A program made the translations under genes and the position numbers. Under the pieces are notes generated by a model. It saw nothing but the letters and a program-made list of their open reading frames with translations, had not been told where the DNA came from and did no database searches. From Mustelus asterias (Eukaryota), in NCBI RefSeq assembly GCF_964213995.1, contig NW_027591086.1, forward strand, positions 62,001 through 112,314: a stretch of DNA of 50,314 nucleotides, in the 5' to 3' direction. Positions 25,136 through 36,130 of the stretch are shown in pieces (the stretch's first letter is position 1; each line of letters starts with the position of its first letter).

Positions 25136-25191
25136 CTAGAGGCAGCAACTTATTGTAAACATTGTCGCTGCTTACTGTCCTATCAGGAACC

Positions 25192-25629
25192 ATGTGTTCC
25201 CTGTGTGCTTTACTGATAATAATGGCCACGCTGCCCGGTGAGTCTGAGTTCAAATCCTCAGTGTGTGTTTCATGGGTTATATTTGTTCACAGATTTCTCA
25301 CACATTCTACATTTTGTTGCAGGAATCAATGGCCAAGATTCAGTTTCCCAGGACCCGGCTGAATTAACGGTTCAGGAAGGATTGAACGTAACAGTGAATT
25401 GTAATTACACAACAAAAAATGCTTTTCCAAATCTCTTCTGGTACATCCAGTATCCCGGGGAAGCTCCGAGATATTTACTGCAGAAATATGGCACGGGTGG
25501 CGGAGAAAAGTCTCCAGATTTCCCTGACCGGTTTTCTGCTGATTTGGACAAGGACAAGAAAACAGTTCCTTTAAATATCGCCGGTGTCCATGTCTCTGAC
25601 TGTGCCGTGTATCACTGTGCGCTGAGCCC
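25192..25629 (+). CDS. TRAV/DV: TCR alpha/delta V segment V2 (leader 25192-25237, V exon 25323-25629), open
   Basis: MCSLCALLIIMATLP-g|gtgagt; ttgcag| GINGQDSVSQ..VNCNYTT..LFWYIQYPGEAPRYLL..RFSADLDK..DCAVYHCALS + RSS. Confidence 0.93.
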
Positions 25630-25668
25630 CACACTGTTACAGAGACACAGTCAGCCCGTACAAAAACT
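25630..25668 (+). other. 23-RSS of V2
   Basis: cacactg + 23 nt + acaaaaact. Confidence 0.93.
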
Positions 25669-26039
25669 GGCAAAGGCACTCTCACCTCCTCTCACTGAAT
25701 CAGATCTGTGAGCTGGATTGTAAACTGTTAATATAAACAAACAATATTATAAAGAAGAGTTAGCCCGAATGCTCTCTTTCCATGGTGCTGAATGTGCCAT
25801 TCTATATAAATTCCATTTTTATAGCCCTTTGGAGCAACTCTTCCAATGGAAAACTCTGCCGCTGTTGTCACAACGTTAACCAAGATCCATCTGCGTCTTA
25901 TCTCAAAGGTTAACTCCGGAAAATGACCAATATTCGTTTCCATGCCCTCACTTTGTCAAAGAGCGACATCACCATTCGGTCGTTCCGCTTCTTCGAGTCC
26001 AGTTCATTGTCTGAGAACAGATTCTAATGGTTCCGGCTC

Positions 26040-26275
26040 CTCGCTCTGACGTCATGCATTGGAGAACAAAGACTCTCTGAGCTGATTGGATGAAATGTAG
26101 GACAGAGAAGCTGTGAGCTGATTGGGTGCCTCCTGCTGGCTCTTTGTCAGGAATGAACCAATCGCCAGTGAGGCCGGATATTACTCACCATCTTCTGAAC
26201 TCTGAACTAAAACAGTTTGAACTCACTGAGTTCAGATCCAGCACCAGCTCGGCGAGACTGCTGTCTGTTAGTTTT
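26040..26275 (+). promoter_or_regulatory. Orphan V promoter (V6-like architecture)
   Basis: tgacgtca ~26047, several attgg/ccaat boxes; tgaaccaatcgccagtgaggccggatattactc resembles tgaaccaatccacaggggcccggatgtgactc in front of V6. Confidence 0.55.
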
Positions 26276-26276
26276 T

Positions 26277-27813
26277 ACAGTAAGAAGTTTAACAACACCA
26301 GGTTAAAGTCCAACAGGTTTATTTGGTCGCAAAGGCCACACAAGCTTTCGGAGCTCCAAGCCCCTTCTTCAGGTGAGTGGGAATTCTGTTCACAAACAGA
26401 GCTTATAAAGACACAAACTCAATTTACATGAATAATGGTTGGAATGCGAATACTTACAGCCAATCAAGTCTTTAAGATACAAACAATGTGAGTGGAGAGA
26501 GCATCAAGACAGGCTAAAGAGATGTGTATTGTCTCCAGACAGGACAGCCACCATGGACTACTCTCCGGAATCGGTTGCATTCTTGGACACATGCATCTCA
26601 ATTAAGGACAGTCACCTCGGCACTTCACTGTACCGCAAGCCCACGGATAACCTCACGATGCTCCACTTCTCCAGCTTCCACCCTAAACATGTTAAAGAAG
26701 CCATCCCCTACGGACAAGCCCTCCGAATACACAGGATCTGCTCGGATGAGGAGGATCGCAATAGACACCTACAGATGCTGAAAGACACCCTCCATAGGAA
26801 CAAGATATAGCGCTCGACTCATCGATCGACAGTTCCGGCGCGCCACAGCGAAAAACCGCACCGGCCTCCTCAGAAAACAAACACGGGACACGGCGGACAG
26901 AGTACCCTTCGTCGCCAAGTACTTCCCCGGAGCAGAGAAGCTACGACGTCTTCTCCGGAGCCTTCAACATGTCGTCAATGAAGACGAACATCTCACCAAG
27001 GCCATCCCCACACCCCACCTCTTGCCTTCAAACAACCGCACAACTTCAAACAGACCATTGTCCGCAGCAAACTACCCAGCCTTCAGGAGAACAGTGACCA
27101 CGACACCACACAACCCTGCCATAGCAACCTCTGCAAGATGTGCCGGATCATCGACACGGATGCCATCATCTCACGTGAGAACAGCATCCACCAGGTACAC
27201 GGTACATATTCTTGTGACTCGACCAACATTATCTACTTGATACGCTGCAGGAAAGGATGTCCCGAGGCATGGTACATTGGGGAAACCATGCAGACGCTAC
27301 GACAACAGATGAATGAACACCGCTCAACAATCAGCAGACAGGAGTGTTCTCTTCCTGTTGGGAACACTTCAGCAGTCACGGGCATTCAGCCTCTGATCTT
27401 TGGGTAAGCGTTCTCCATGGCGTCCTTCACGACATACGACAACGCAGAATCGCTGAGCAAAACTGATAGCCAAGCTCCGCACACATGAGGAAGGCCTCAA
27501 CCGGGATCTTGGGTTCATGTCACACTATCTGTAACCCCTACGACTTGCCTGGGCTTGAAAAATCTCACTAACTGTCTTGGCTGGAGACAATACACATCTC
27601 TTTAACCTGTGTTTAACCCCCTCTCCACTCACGTTATCTGTACATTTAAGACTTGATTACCTGTAAAGGCTCGCAATCCAACCATTATCGTTTTAATTGA
27701 GTTTGTGTCTGTATATGCCCTGTTTGTGAACACAGCTCCTCACTCACCTGGAGAAGGAGCGACACTCCGAAAGCTTGTGCTACCAAATAAACCCTGTTGG
27801 ACTTTAAACTGGC
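26277..27813 (+). mobile_element. Penelope-like retroelement (Neptune-type): inverted pLTR 26277-26547, truncated RT thumb + GIY-YIG endonuclease, 3' pLTR ~27560-27813; frameshifted
   Basis: VAFLDTCISIK..LYRKPTD..HPKHVKEAIPYGQALRIHRICS; Cys-rich linker PCHSNLCKMC; NIIYLIRC..WYIGETMQTLRQQMNEH (GIY-YIG); the terminal repeats are inverted. Confidence 0.9.
26336..26376 (-). ncRNA. Minimal type I hammerhead ribozyme motif in a Penelope pLTR
   Basis: Minus strand cac-CTGAAGA-a-ggggc(ttgga)gctcc-GAAA-gc-TT-gtg. Confidence 0.55.
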
Positions 27814-27841
27814 GTTCAGATCCAGCATCAGCTCTGTGAAC

Positions 27842-27899
27842 ATATTAAATGTTACCTTTGCAGAAATCGTCACAGCTGCAGAGCACTTAACTGGCAAGT
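27842..27899 (+). pseudogene. Decayed V leader exon (V6/V9 family)
   Basis: ctctgtgaac ATA tta aat gtt acc..gtc aca gct gca gag cac tta act g|gcaagt aligns to V6 ctctgcaaac ATG tct cct gtt act..ctc aca gcg gca gct ctg tta acc g|gtaatt; start codon lost. Confidence 0.55.
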
Positions 27900-28109
27900 T
27901 CCGAAATTGAATAAGTTTCACTTTGCTTGCGATACGGATTTGGAAATCACCCGTTTATCTGTTTTTCCACTGCTTGCAAACAATTCCGTTAACTTGATAA
28001 CATTGACAATTTTTAATAGATGCAGAAAATTGAGTCCCCACTCCCTCTGGTCTGGTCTGAAAACATCGCCATATTTAGGGATGTGGATCAAGAATGTGGG
28101 GGCTTTTTC

Positions 28110-28830
28110 CTGATCCTGACAGTGCAGCTGTAATCAATATGAATTAGCTGTGGTCGAATTGCTGAAATCATTCATTACCGAATCTCCTTCAAACGTTGTC
28201 ATAAAACGGTTCCTGTGAGATGGCATATGCATCAATAACACCTACAATTAATTAGAAATATGGTTTCAAGGCTTCATTCTATGATCATCTTGCTGGTGCC
28301 AGTACAGAGCGAGACTGCGGATAGTTGGGAACCTGTCTCGGGGGCAGGGAATTCAGATGGTGTTCGTAAAGCAGAAGTGGAAATGAATAGGGTTGGGAAG
28401 CATTTCCCGATCAGGGCCAGTGTGATCTCCTGGACTCGTTTCGATCGCCACAGGGGGTCGGAGAGGAATTTCCCAGATTTTCTTTTCCCCATATTGGCCC
28501 TGGGGTTTTCACTCTGGGTTTTCGCCTCTCCCTGGAGATCACATGGTCTGGAATGGGGGGGTGGGGGTGAGTTAATAGGTTGTGATGAACAAAGCATCGT
28601 AGCTGTGAGGGACAGCTCGGTGGGTAGGATATTAGGATGTAGATAGGCTGGAAAATTGGGCGGGGATCCTGGATTCAGGATTCAATCCTGGACCGGGAAG
28701 CGGCGCGGGCTTGGAGGGCCGAAGGGCCTGTTCCTGTGCTGTACTGTTCTTTGTTCTTTGTTAGTGCCGAGTTCCCAGTGACCCCCAATTAAAGAAAAGC
28801 CAATTCTTCCCTCGTCCAGCGAATCTAAGA
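28110..28830 (-). pseudogene. Possible highly decayed V relic interrupted by a CR1 fragment (28365-28760)
   Basis: Minus strand gives ALYWHQQ, RFMTTF and ISAIRPQ..DYSCTVR in V-like order, with stops and frameshifts; no RSS. Confidence 0.3.
28365..28762 (+). mobile_element. CR1-family LINE 3' end
   Basis: Ends ggcttggagggccgaagggcctgttcctgtgctgtactgttctttgttctttg. Confidence 0.65.
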
Positions 28831-28990
28831 ATCAGCAGGAATCTGCCTTCGATGTGAACGGTTTTAAATGGTGTTTATGTGGATTGTTCTCGGGGTTTGA
28901 GTTCACGGGAATATATTCAGGTGCCAATGTCAGACCCGCTGTTGTAAACGGGACCCAGCAGACAGCAGCTGTGGCCCAGAAACCTGCGGC

Positions 28991-29029
28991 AGTTTCTGTA
29001 CGAGGATTTCACTCATGTTCATCACTGTG
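28991..29029 (-). other. 23-RSS of V3
   Basis: Minus: cacagtg + 23 nt + acagaaact. Confidence 0.93.
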
Positions 29030-30046
29030 AGACTCTGTGCACAGTAATAGACCGCGGTGTCAGACAGCAGCAACTCCGAGATGGTCAATCGGTACAACTT
29101 TTCTGACTTCTGGATTGTATCGGAAAAACGGGTCTGAGCGAAATCCGCCTTCAATTCATCACCGCCGCCAGTATGCCTCCGGACCGCAAACACGGGCTGT
29201 CTGCCAGGGTATTGACGGTACCAGAATAAATAATATGCATCGTCGGTATAGGTGCAGCTTAAAGTGACATCTTCCCCCTCTGTCCGTGTGAGTGAGGATT
29301 CCCCCTGAGTAACAGAATCCCCATCGCTCAGATCTGGAACACACGGTTAAAGAAAAAACATTCAGCAGAACTGAGGGTGAACATTCGCAGACGATGCAGC
29401 ATAAAAATAGGCTTTAAATAATCTCACATTCGCATCAACTAATCTAGTTCCCGTTCAGTATCCCCAGGAGAATCCGCCGTCCCACCTCATCTCAAATGCC
29501 TCTGCCCCTTTCCCCCTCAGCGGCTAATCTAGGTCTCCCCCAACTGTGTCTTTACTCCTCTGTTCAAGTGTCTCATTGTTTTAATGTGAGTCACTTTCTA
29601 CAGAGCTCCCTCGAAAGTAGATTTGCTGTAATTTCCAGTTAATCTTTTCATTTCACTCAGATTGATGGGACATCCATTTGGAATCCTCCCCGAGTGGAAT
29701 CTTCCTTTCCCCGTCCACCTGACTGAACCTTATTGTGAATACATCAATCAAGTTACTCTTTAGTCTCCAGCCAGAAGAGAAATGAACCATAATGTTTAGA
29801 TTGCATTCTGATCGATGTCATATCCCAATTCTGGTATCAGGCTTGCTGTGCTATTTGCCAACTGATAGTCCTGTAAGGAAAAGCCAAGAGCAAAGACTCA
29901 AGTGCTCTATGGCAGGCCCGATGTCTGATGAACTGGAGCGCCCTGCTTTTCAAATTTATTGCTCTAGAAGTTACACTCATTTTTAAAGTGTTAAACGTAC
30001 CGACAATGAATGTCACCCAGATCACAGTGAGGACGGAGCGCCGCAT
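29030..30046 (-). CDS. TRAV/DV: TCR delta/alpha V segment V3 (leader 30046-30001, V exon 29333-29030), open
   Basis: MRRSVLTVIWVTFIV-g|gtacgt; ttccag| DLSDGDSVTQGESSLTRTEGEDVTLSCTYTDDAYYLFWYRQYPGRQPVFAVRRHTGGGDELKADFAQTRFSDTIQKSEKLYRLTISELLLSDTAVYYCAQS; CRE at 30197-30204. Confidence 0.93.
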
Positions 30047-30599
30047 TGCCGCTGTTCCAAGACTCTAGGGACGTCTTGTGTCTCCGAAAGCTTCGAATAT
30101 CGAACAAGATAAAACTGAGACCATTGGCTGAGGCTGGTCTGACCTCACTTCCTAACGTATGTTCGGTAGATCTGAAATCACTGGATCTCACTGGTCTGAC
30201 GTCATTGGCTTAAACTCAATTGTTGATGACAGAGAACTGAGACATTGGCGATACACTCTGCTGTTCAGAGCGAGACGAGTAAACACAGCTAGGTTGAGCC
30301 TAATTGAGCTCAGAGACATTTTCCCCTTCAATTGATCTGAAAGAATTCGCCTTGAAGAAGGAAATGCAAGTGTTGAATGTGGATGAAGATGTTCCGAGTA
30401 TTTGAGTCACTGTCAATGATCAGACTGAGTTTGAGACGGGGGTCAATTGGGAAGATGATATAAGATTTTTTTTCTGTGATAGCGACATATCAAACAGAGC
30501 GGGAAAATACAATGACAGTGAATAGGTTAAAATTCCAAATTTAGCGTGTGTTAAAAAGGTTGGTTTATCAAATACACGTTAAAGGGCTGCACCCTATTG

Positions 30600-30853
30600 C
30601 TCAGTTTGACGTGAGCCTGACATCGAACTTCTCTGTTCGGGGCTGCTGGGATCATTCTTGTGGATACATTCTCCAGACGCTCTCCTTTGCTGAGGGCTGA
30701 AAAAATGTTTCCAAACGTACAAGGCAAGATCTCTGCTGATTTCCACAAAGGAAACAAAACGGTCCCTTGAAATATCATGGGAGATGTTTTCTCTCACACC
30801 GCATTTCTGTGCCACACAGCCAGCAGAGAAGTAGCAGATTCGGGACAAAAATC
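30600..30853 (+). pseudogene. V pseudogene (V2/V5 family) with decayed 23-RSS
   Basis: atctctgctgatttccacaaaggaaacaaaacggtccctTGAaatatc aligns to V5 FSAALHKGNNTVPLNI with a stop; tttctgtgcc remnant; cacagcc (30815) + 23 nt + acaaaaatc (30845-30853); 5' boundary approximate. Confidence 0.75.
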
Positions 30854-31648
30854 CCACACTGGGGGTTCCAGACACCGCTCTCATTGCTAAACAAAATCAA
30901 AAACTCCGCCTCCAAAGTCTGAGTCACCGGCAGTCTCAAAACAAAAACAACGTCAGGAATTGTATTAACTCCAGCGTACAGTTATACTGAGAGCGACCTT
31001 CATAAATCTATTTCATTACTCCAATGTACTTTTTTCCTTTCGATGTGTTTTCCATGACTCTAACATTGAACAACCCTCTCTCCATATCCCCTCCCAGTTT
31101 CCTGGAGCCTTTGACTGCGGCATGTTCACACAGTTTATTTAAACCCAGTGCCCACTGAGCTTCAGAATGTTTTCTGGAGGCTGGTGTGGTTCCTGTCAGC
31201 ACTAACGATCCAAATGTTTCTGATGATTATCTACAGACCAGGATTACATTCCTCGACCACCTCTTCCTCCTCCCCCTGGCTCTGAAAGTGCGGCCATACC
31301 CCTATGACGGCACTGACTGTAGCTGGGCTCAGACGATTTTCTTTCCAAGTCAGCACGAAATTACCACCAACTGGTCTCCCAGAACCAGAGACACACACGG
31401 AAGTGGGGCGAGAGCATCCCCAGGGTAGAGAACAAATTACAAAAGGCAGGGATTAGAACAGGTATCTTCCAATATGACTGTGCTGATTTGTTTGTCGAAT
31501 TGAAATCGGCAGTTTGTTTGTGCAGTTGCTCCTGGGAACAGTTTCACGAAAGGTTGGTTTGGTTTCCTTTCGCTGCACATTATGGCGATATCTACCGCGA
31601 TTTTACACAAACTACAACAGACAGGAGCTGCATTCTACAGTGATGGGC

Positions 31649-31687
31649 AGTTTTTGTACAGAGCTGAGCTTGCTTTATATCAATCTG
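31649..31687 (-). other. RSS of V4 with defective heptamer
   Basis: Minus: caGattg + 23 nt + acaaaaact; the invariant CAC is lost. Confidence 0.85.
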
Positions 31688-32149
31688 AACCTGAAAGCGC
31701 AGTAATACACGGCGGCGTCATCCAGCTTCAGACCCGAAATGGATAAACTGGTGAATTTATTCTCTGTCTGAAGCTCAGCAGAGAAACATCTTTTGGCAAA
31801 ATCGGCTTTATCTCCACCGCCGCCCGAGTTTTTCCGCAATATAAACTCAGGCTGTGAGTCTGGGTGCTGCCGGTACCAGTACAGATAGTAGTAGCTCATT
31901 TCATGATCATATTTACAATTTAAAGTCACCGCTTCTCCTTCTGTCCTAACATCTGAGGACGGCGACTGAGTGACAGAATCTCCATGAATCAGATCTGGAA
32001 AACAAATATAAAAAGGTCCAACCGACCACTGTTGGAAATTCAGATTTACACCACGTTTCAAAAATGGAAACAAAAAGTTGAAATGTGCTTGGTGCACATT
32101 TACCTGTCAGAAATATTGCCCACACAACCCAGATACTGAGCAGCCGCAT
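31688..32149 (-). CDS. TRAV/DV: TCR delta/alpha V segment V4 (leader 32149-32104, V exon 31994-31688); ORF open but RSS defective
   Basis: MRLLSIWVVWAIFLT-g|gtaaat; ttccag| DLIHGDSVTQSPSS..LNCKYDHEMSYYYLYWYRQHPDSQPEFILR..DAAVYYCAFR. Confidence 0.9.
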
Positions 32150-32380
32150 TGTTTCTGTCCGCGCTGTAAAAGGCGAGTCAGGGATTTTGAGACACCCGTT
32201 CTAAACCCCGCCCTCAATTATCTGCTGTGAGTCTCAGGGTGTTCTCACTTCACTTCCTGGTGTTCCCAGTGACGTTGTGAATAGGCAGGCTCGCTGGTTG
32301 CCAGGAGCTGGTTCCCAGTGATTGGAAACACTCAGAGCCGGGTAACAGCCAGAGCTTTATGGGGGGGAATATTTCCATTT

Positions 32381-32399
32381 TACACAGCAGATGGTGACA
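32381..32399 (+). promoter_or_regulatory. CTCF-like motif upstream of V4
   Basis: tacacagcagatggtgaca. Confidence 0.45.
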
Positions 32400-34044
32400 G
32401 TTAAACCCGATTCCGATTATTGTGACTCAGGCTTGCTCCGGGATTTGGTTCATTCAGGATCAATCCGTTTATTTAATTCTTGCCATCAGGGGCGTGGCTC
32501 AGCCGTGACTGCGAGACTTATCTCATGAAACACTGAGGCAGTTATTGAAGAATTATTGTATTGTATGTCGGAGTGGCTGACTGACTCGCCAGGCTGTCTT
32601 GTGGTACATTGGCAGCGTCCCTGTCTTTCGAAGAGAAACTCCCAATTCAAGAGCAAAGTGAGGACCCGTTGGTGAAGGAACCAGCGGTTATACTGCCGTT
32701 CCACGGTCTGATAATCAGTTATGGAATCCTTCGCACCATAGTTCAAAGGAAAGAACGTGTATTTGTGGCGAGGTGCTTCAAAAGTATTCCTGTCGCATTA
32801 GAGCAACGATACCAGCTGTCACTGTACATTCAGCTGAACAATCTTGAAGTATGAACACTTCCACTAATGTCCGCAGGATTCATCTCAATGACACCTCTGT
32901 TTAAAATTAGCATCTACAGTGGGGTTAGTTATCGTTTTTACAATGAGCCATGATCTTCAGAGATTGGATTTTTTTCGAAGAGAGAATAATGTCAGCGCTT
33001 CCAGTAACTCGACACTCAGGTATTCAAAGCACGGGAGCAAAGTTCAGACAGCAGGTTGACGGTCCCCAGGGGATATGCAAAGCTAGTTCTCATTAACTAC
33101 AATTAAATACCAGCCGGCTAGGAAACCCTTTCATTGTCACTTCCACCCATAAAAGAAATGAACAGAGCGCTGAGATGGTTACAGTGCAATAATTCAGAAA
33201 GCTGCTCTCAAAGTGGGCCGACGTTCTTCTGATGATTATTGACCTCTTTACCTTCTCCAAAATATTGAGGCAAATTGGGTTCAAGCATTCACCTTGGGAT
33301 CCCAATGCAATTGAACGCAGTTGAACGTATACATGAGAGATAATCCCACCGTTACTTTAATTGCTGGCGTTTCGCTTTATTCAATTCATACTGGTTATAA
33401 AAGCTCATTCTAAACAATATGAAGCCATCAAGATTCCGATAAGATGCATTCTTTAAAATAATAACACAAGATGTAAATATGACTCTGGATTCACATTCAC
33501 TCTCTATATTCTTTAGTATTTACATTTAAATCTTTCCATCATAATGTTACCCCTTAAGTGCTGGTTATTAACTTTGTCTACATTTGGTGCTCGAATAGAA
33601 TGAGTAATTTAGTGGGCTCATTGAAATGGGAGAGTGGTAGAAATCGGATTGTCTGAACTCTGAACTCTAGGGAGAAGGGCAGAAAGATAAGAATGTAGAG
33701 CCAGTGCGAAGACAGAGACGGTAAGAAGCAGAGCAATGGGGGTTAGACAAACAGAGGCGGAATAACAGAGCGAGATAGACAGGCCACAGACGGAGAGAGA
33801 GCCGGAGAATCTGAGAAAGACACGGAGAAATAGAAACTCAGAACTTATTAGTCGAGCGAACGCTGATTGATGCCCGACGATCATCAATCCTGAGAAAGCG
33901 GCCAATCCTGTCGCTGGGAAACGCCCCATAATTTCTGAGTAAATTCCGTTTCCGCTGATATGAATTTCCGCTTGAATATTAGAACAGAAATGTCAACACA
34001 TTTCAAATACTGCTTCATTTCTGCCGAACCCGAAACCAGACACC

Positions 34045-34587
34045 ATGTGCTCCTTACTTTGGTTGCTGATAATAATGGTCTTGCTGCCCGGTGAGTCAAT
34101 AAACTCTGACAAAGTGTCATCCTGACTTGAAACATTATCTCTGTTCGCCTCTCACAGATGTTGTCAGATCTACTGAAAATTTCGAGCATTTTCCTTTTTT
34201 GAGTCAATGTTTAAATGATCAGTGTCTGTCCCATGGGCTCTCTTCCCTCCCAGATATTGAACACCTTCTGTGTTTTGTTACAGGGGCAAAGGCTGAAGAT
34301 TCAGTGTTTCAAGATCGATCTGAATTATCGGTTCTGGAAGGACAGAACATAACACTGGACTGTAAATACTCAACAGCTGCTTCTGAAACTATGTTCTGGT
34401 ACATCCAGTATCCCGGGCAAGCTCTGAGACATTTGATGAAGATATATAGCTCGGGCAATACCGATAAGTCTCCGGATTTCTCAGATAGATTCTCGGCTGC
34501 TTTACACAAAGGAAACAATACTGTTCCTTTAAATATCGCCAGAGCTGTTCTGTCCGACAGCGCCGTGTATTTCTGTGCCATGGAGCC
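34045..34587 (+). CDS. TRAV/DV: TCR alpha/delta V segment V5 (leader 34045-34090, V exon 34284-34587), open
   Basis: MCSLLWLLIIMVLLP-g|gtgagt; ttacag| GAKAEDSVFQ..LDCKYST..MFWYIQYPGQALRHLM..DSAVYFCAME + RSS. Confidence 0.93.
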
Positions 34588-34625
34588 CACACTGGTACAG
34601 ATGTAGCGAACCCCGCACAAAAACC
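34588..34625 (+). other. RSS of V5 (22-nt spacer)
   Basis: cacactg + 22 nt + acaaaaacc. Confidence 0.9.
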
Positions 34626-34647
34626 CCAGACTGGGAGTTCCGGTTAG

Positions 34648-34666
34648 TGATCAGCAGAGGGCGCTC
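34648..34666 (+). promoter_or_regulatory. RSS-proximal CTCF motif with upstream (U) module
   Basis: gggagttcc-ggttag-tgatcagcagagggcgctc, starting 22 nt after the nonamer. Confidence 0.65.
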
Positions 34667-35559
34667 CGACACTGATAAACAGAAATAATTATTTTGTCTC
34701 GACAGTGATAGTCACAGGGTCATAAACAAAATATCAAAACAAAACAACACGAACGGCTGAGCCACAGTTGAATTTTTAACTTGCAACTATACTAAAAATA
34801 CATTTACAGTTCCTTAACTCACGCTTCAACCTTTGATGACATTTTCTTGCCTGTGTGAATTATTGTGCAGCAGTTTCCCCATCTTCACTCTCCTTTTCAA
34901 GGTCTCTTTGATCAAAGGGTCTATTTGATCAGAGTATTTTGCTGCCTAAAGGACAGCTTGTATTGGCATATACATTTCGCAAGATTGTCATTGTGCTATT
35001 TAAAACAATCACTGAGAACAAGTTGCCATCAATGTTCATTCTCATTTTGAATGTCTGTCAAATGTTTTCTGACACAATTCGCAACCCAGTGTTTCTCTGT
35101 TACAATAATCAGACCAGCGACTTCATTCCCACCCCTGGCCCTAACAATATAGCGATTTTCCTCACAAGCACACTGAGAACCTCTCCAATCCAGCTACTCA
35201 GCTATTCGGTCCCACTTTCCATCTCCATCACTGATGAAGATTCCGCTTTGTATTGGATCATTTACTAACCCTGACCTTCCTGGTGCGAGACTGCTGGTCC
35301 GCGCTATGGAATGAACATTCAGCTGCCGCTCCTACAGACAGGCAAATTTATATGATTTCCAATGCGATAGTGTTATTGAGTTCAATTCCTTGCAGATAAA
35401 TTCTACCTCTCACCACACTGCCTATGGCAGCCACACCCACAGCTTTCCTGTGTTGTTCTCACTCTGACCTGCCTCATCTGTGTTGTTTTATTAGAGATTT
35501 TATTGTAGATATTGACCTTTGCTGCTTTTCCCTGTTTGGCACCGATTGGATCAGCAGTC

Positions 35560-35955
35560 CAATGGGGTGGCAAGCTATACTTTCTCTCTGAAAGAGGATT
35601 TCACACGCGGCAAAGTTACAAATTGAGGGAAGATCGTATGGAAATATCACAGACTATTCATTATTCTATCACTTCTTGTGAAGTACATGTTTCAACTAAA
35701 AATTCATCCTCCCCCGCACCGTAGCTGCTATCCCAAACATGATTGATAACAAACTGCTTGACATGTTGCTGTAGGGATGAACATTGTCATTCTCCATGTC
35801 AGAACAGACCCATCAACACTCAGGGGACCGGTCGGTTCATGGAATAACTGTTGAAGAGGAAAATAATCCCCTGTCGTGGGATGGCCAACTTCACTTTGTT
35901 CCTTCCGTCTCTCCGCCTATGGGGTGAATTGGAGATAAAGGAGCTGTGAGGTCAT
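35560..35955 (-). pseudogene. Ancient V relic head-to-head with V6 (paralogous copies at 44220-44580 minus and 45690-46085 plus)
   Basis: The 45690 copy has a leader-like MTSQLLYLQFILLAE, an acceptor tcatttcag|ga and DMENDNIHPHSNIT (FR1-like); the 44.2-kb copy reads LSDMVIY at the expected 3' position. Confidence 0.4.
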
Positions 35956-36130
35956 TGGTTGAACTGCAGAACAAAGGAGCTTGAAGCCGATTGGATGTCA
36001 TCTGATGACGTTTCCAGCAGTGAACCAATCCACAGGGGCCCGGATGTGACTCCGCCTCTTTCAACTCTTGACTGAAACAATGACATCTCCCACCCGCTCT
36101 GGTCAGATCCGCCCCGAGCTCTCTGCAAAC

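Noticed and set aside
34102-34203. Hammerhead-like repeat remnant in the V5 intron
   Set aside because: Catalytic core is degenerate (ctgacaa..gaaacatt); an ordinary decayed repeat
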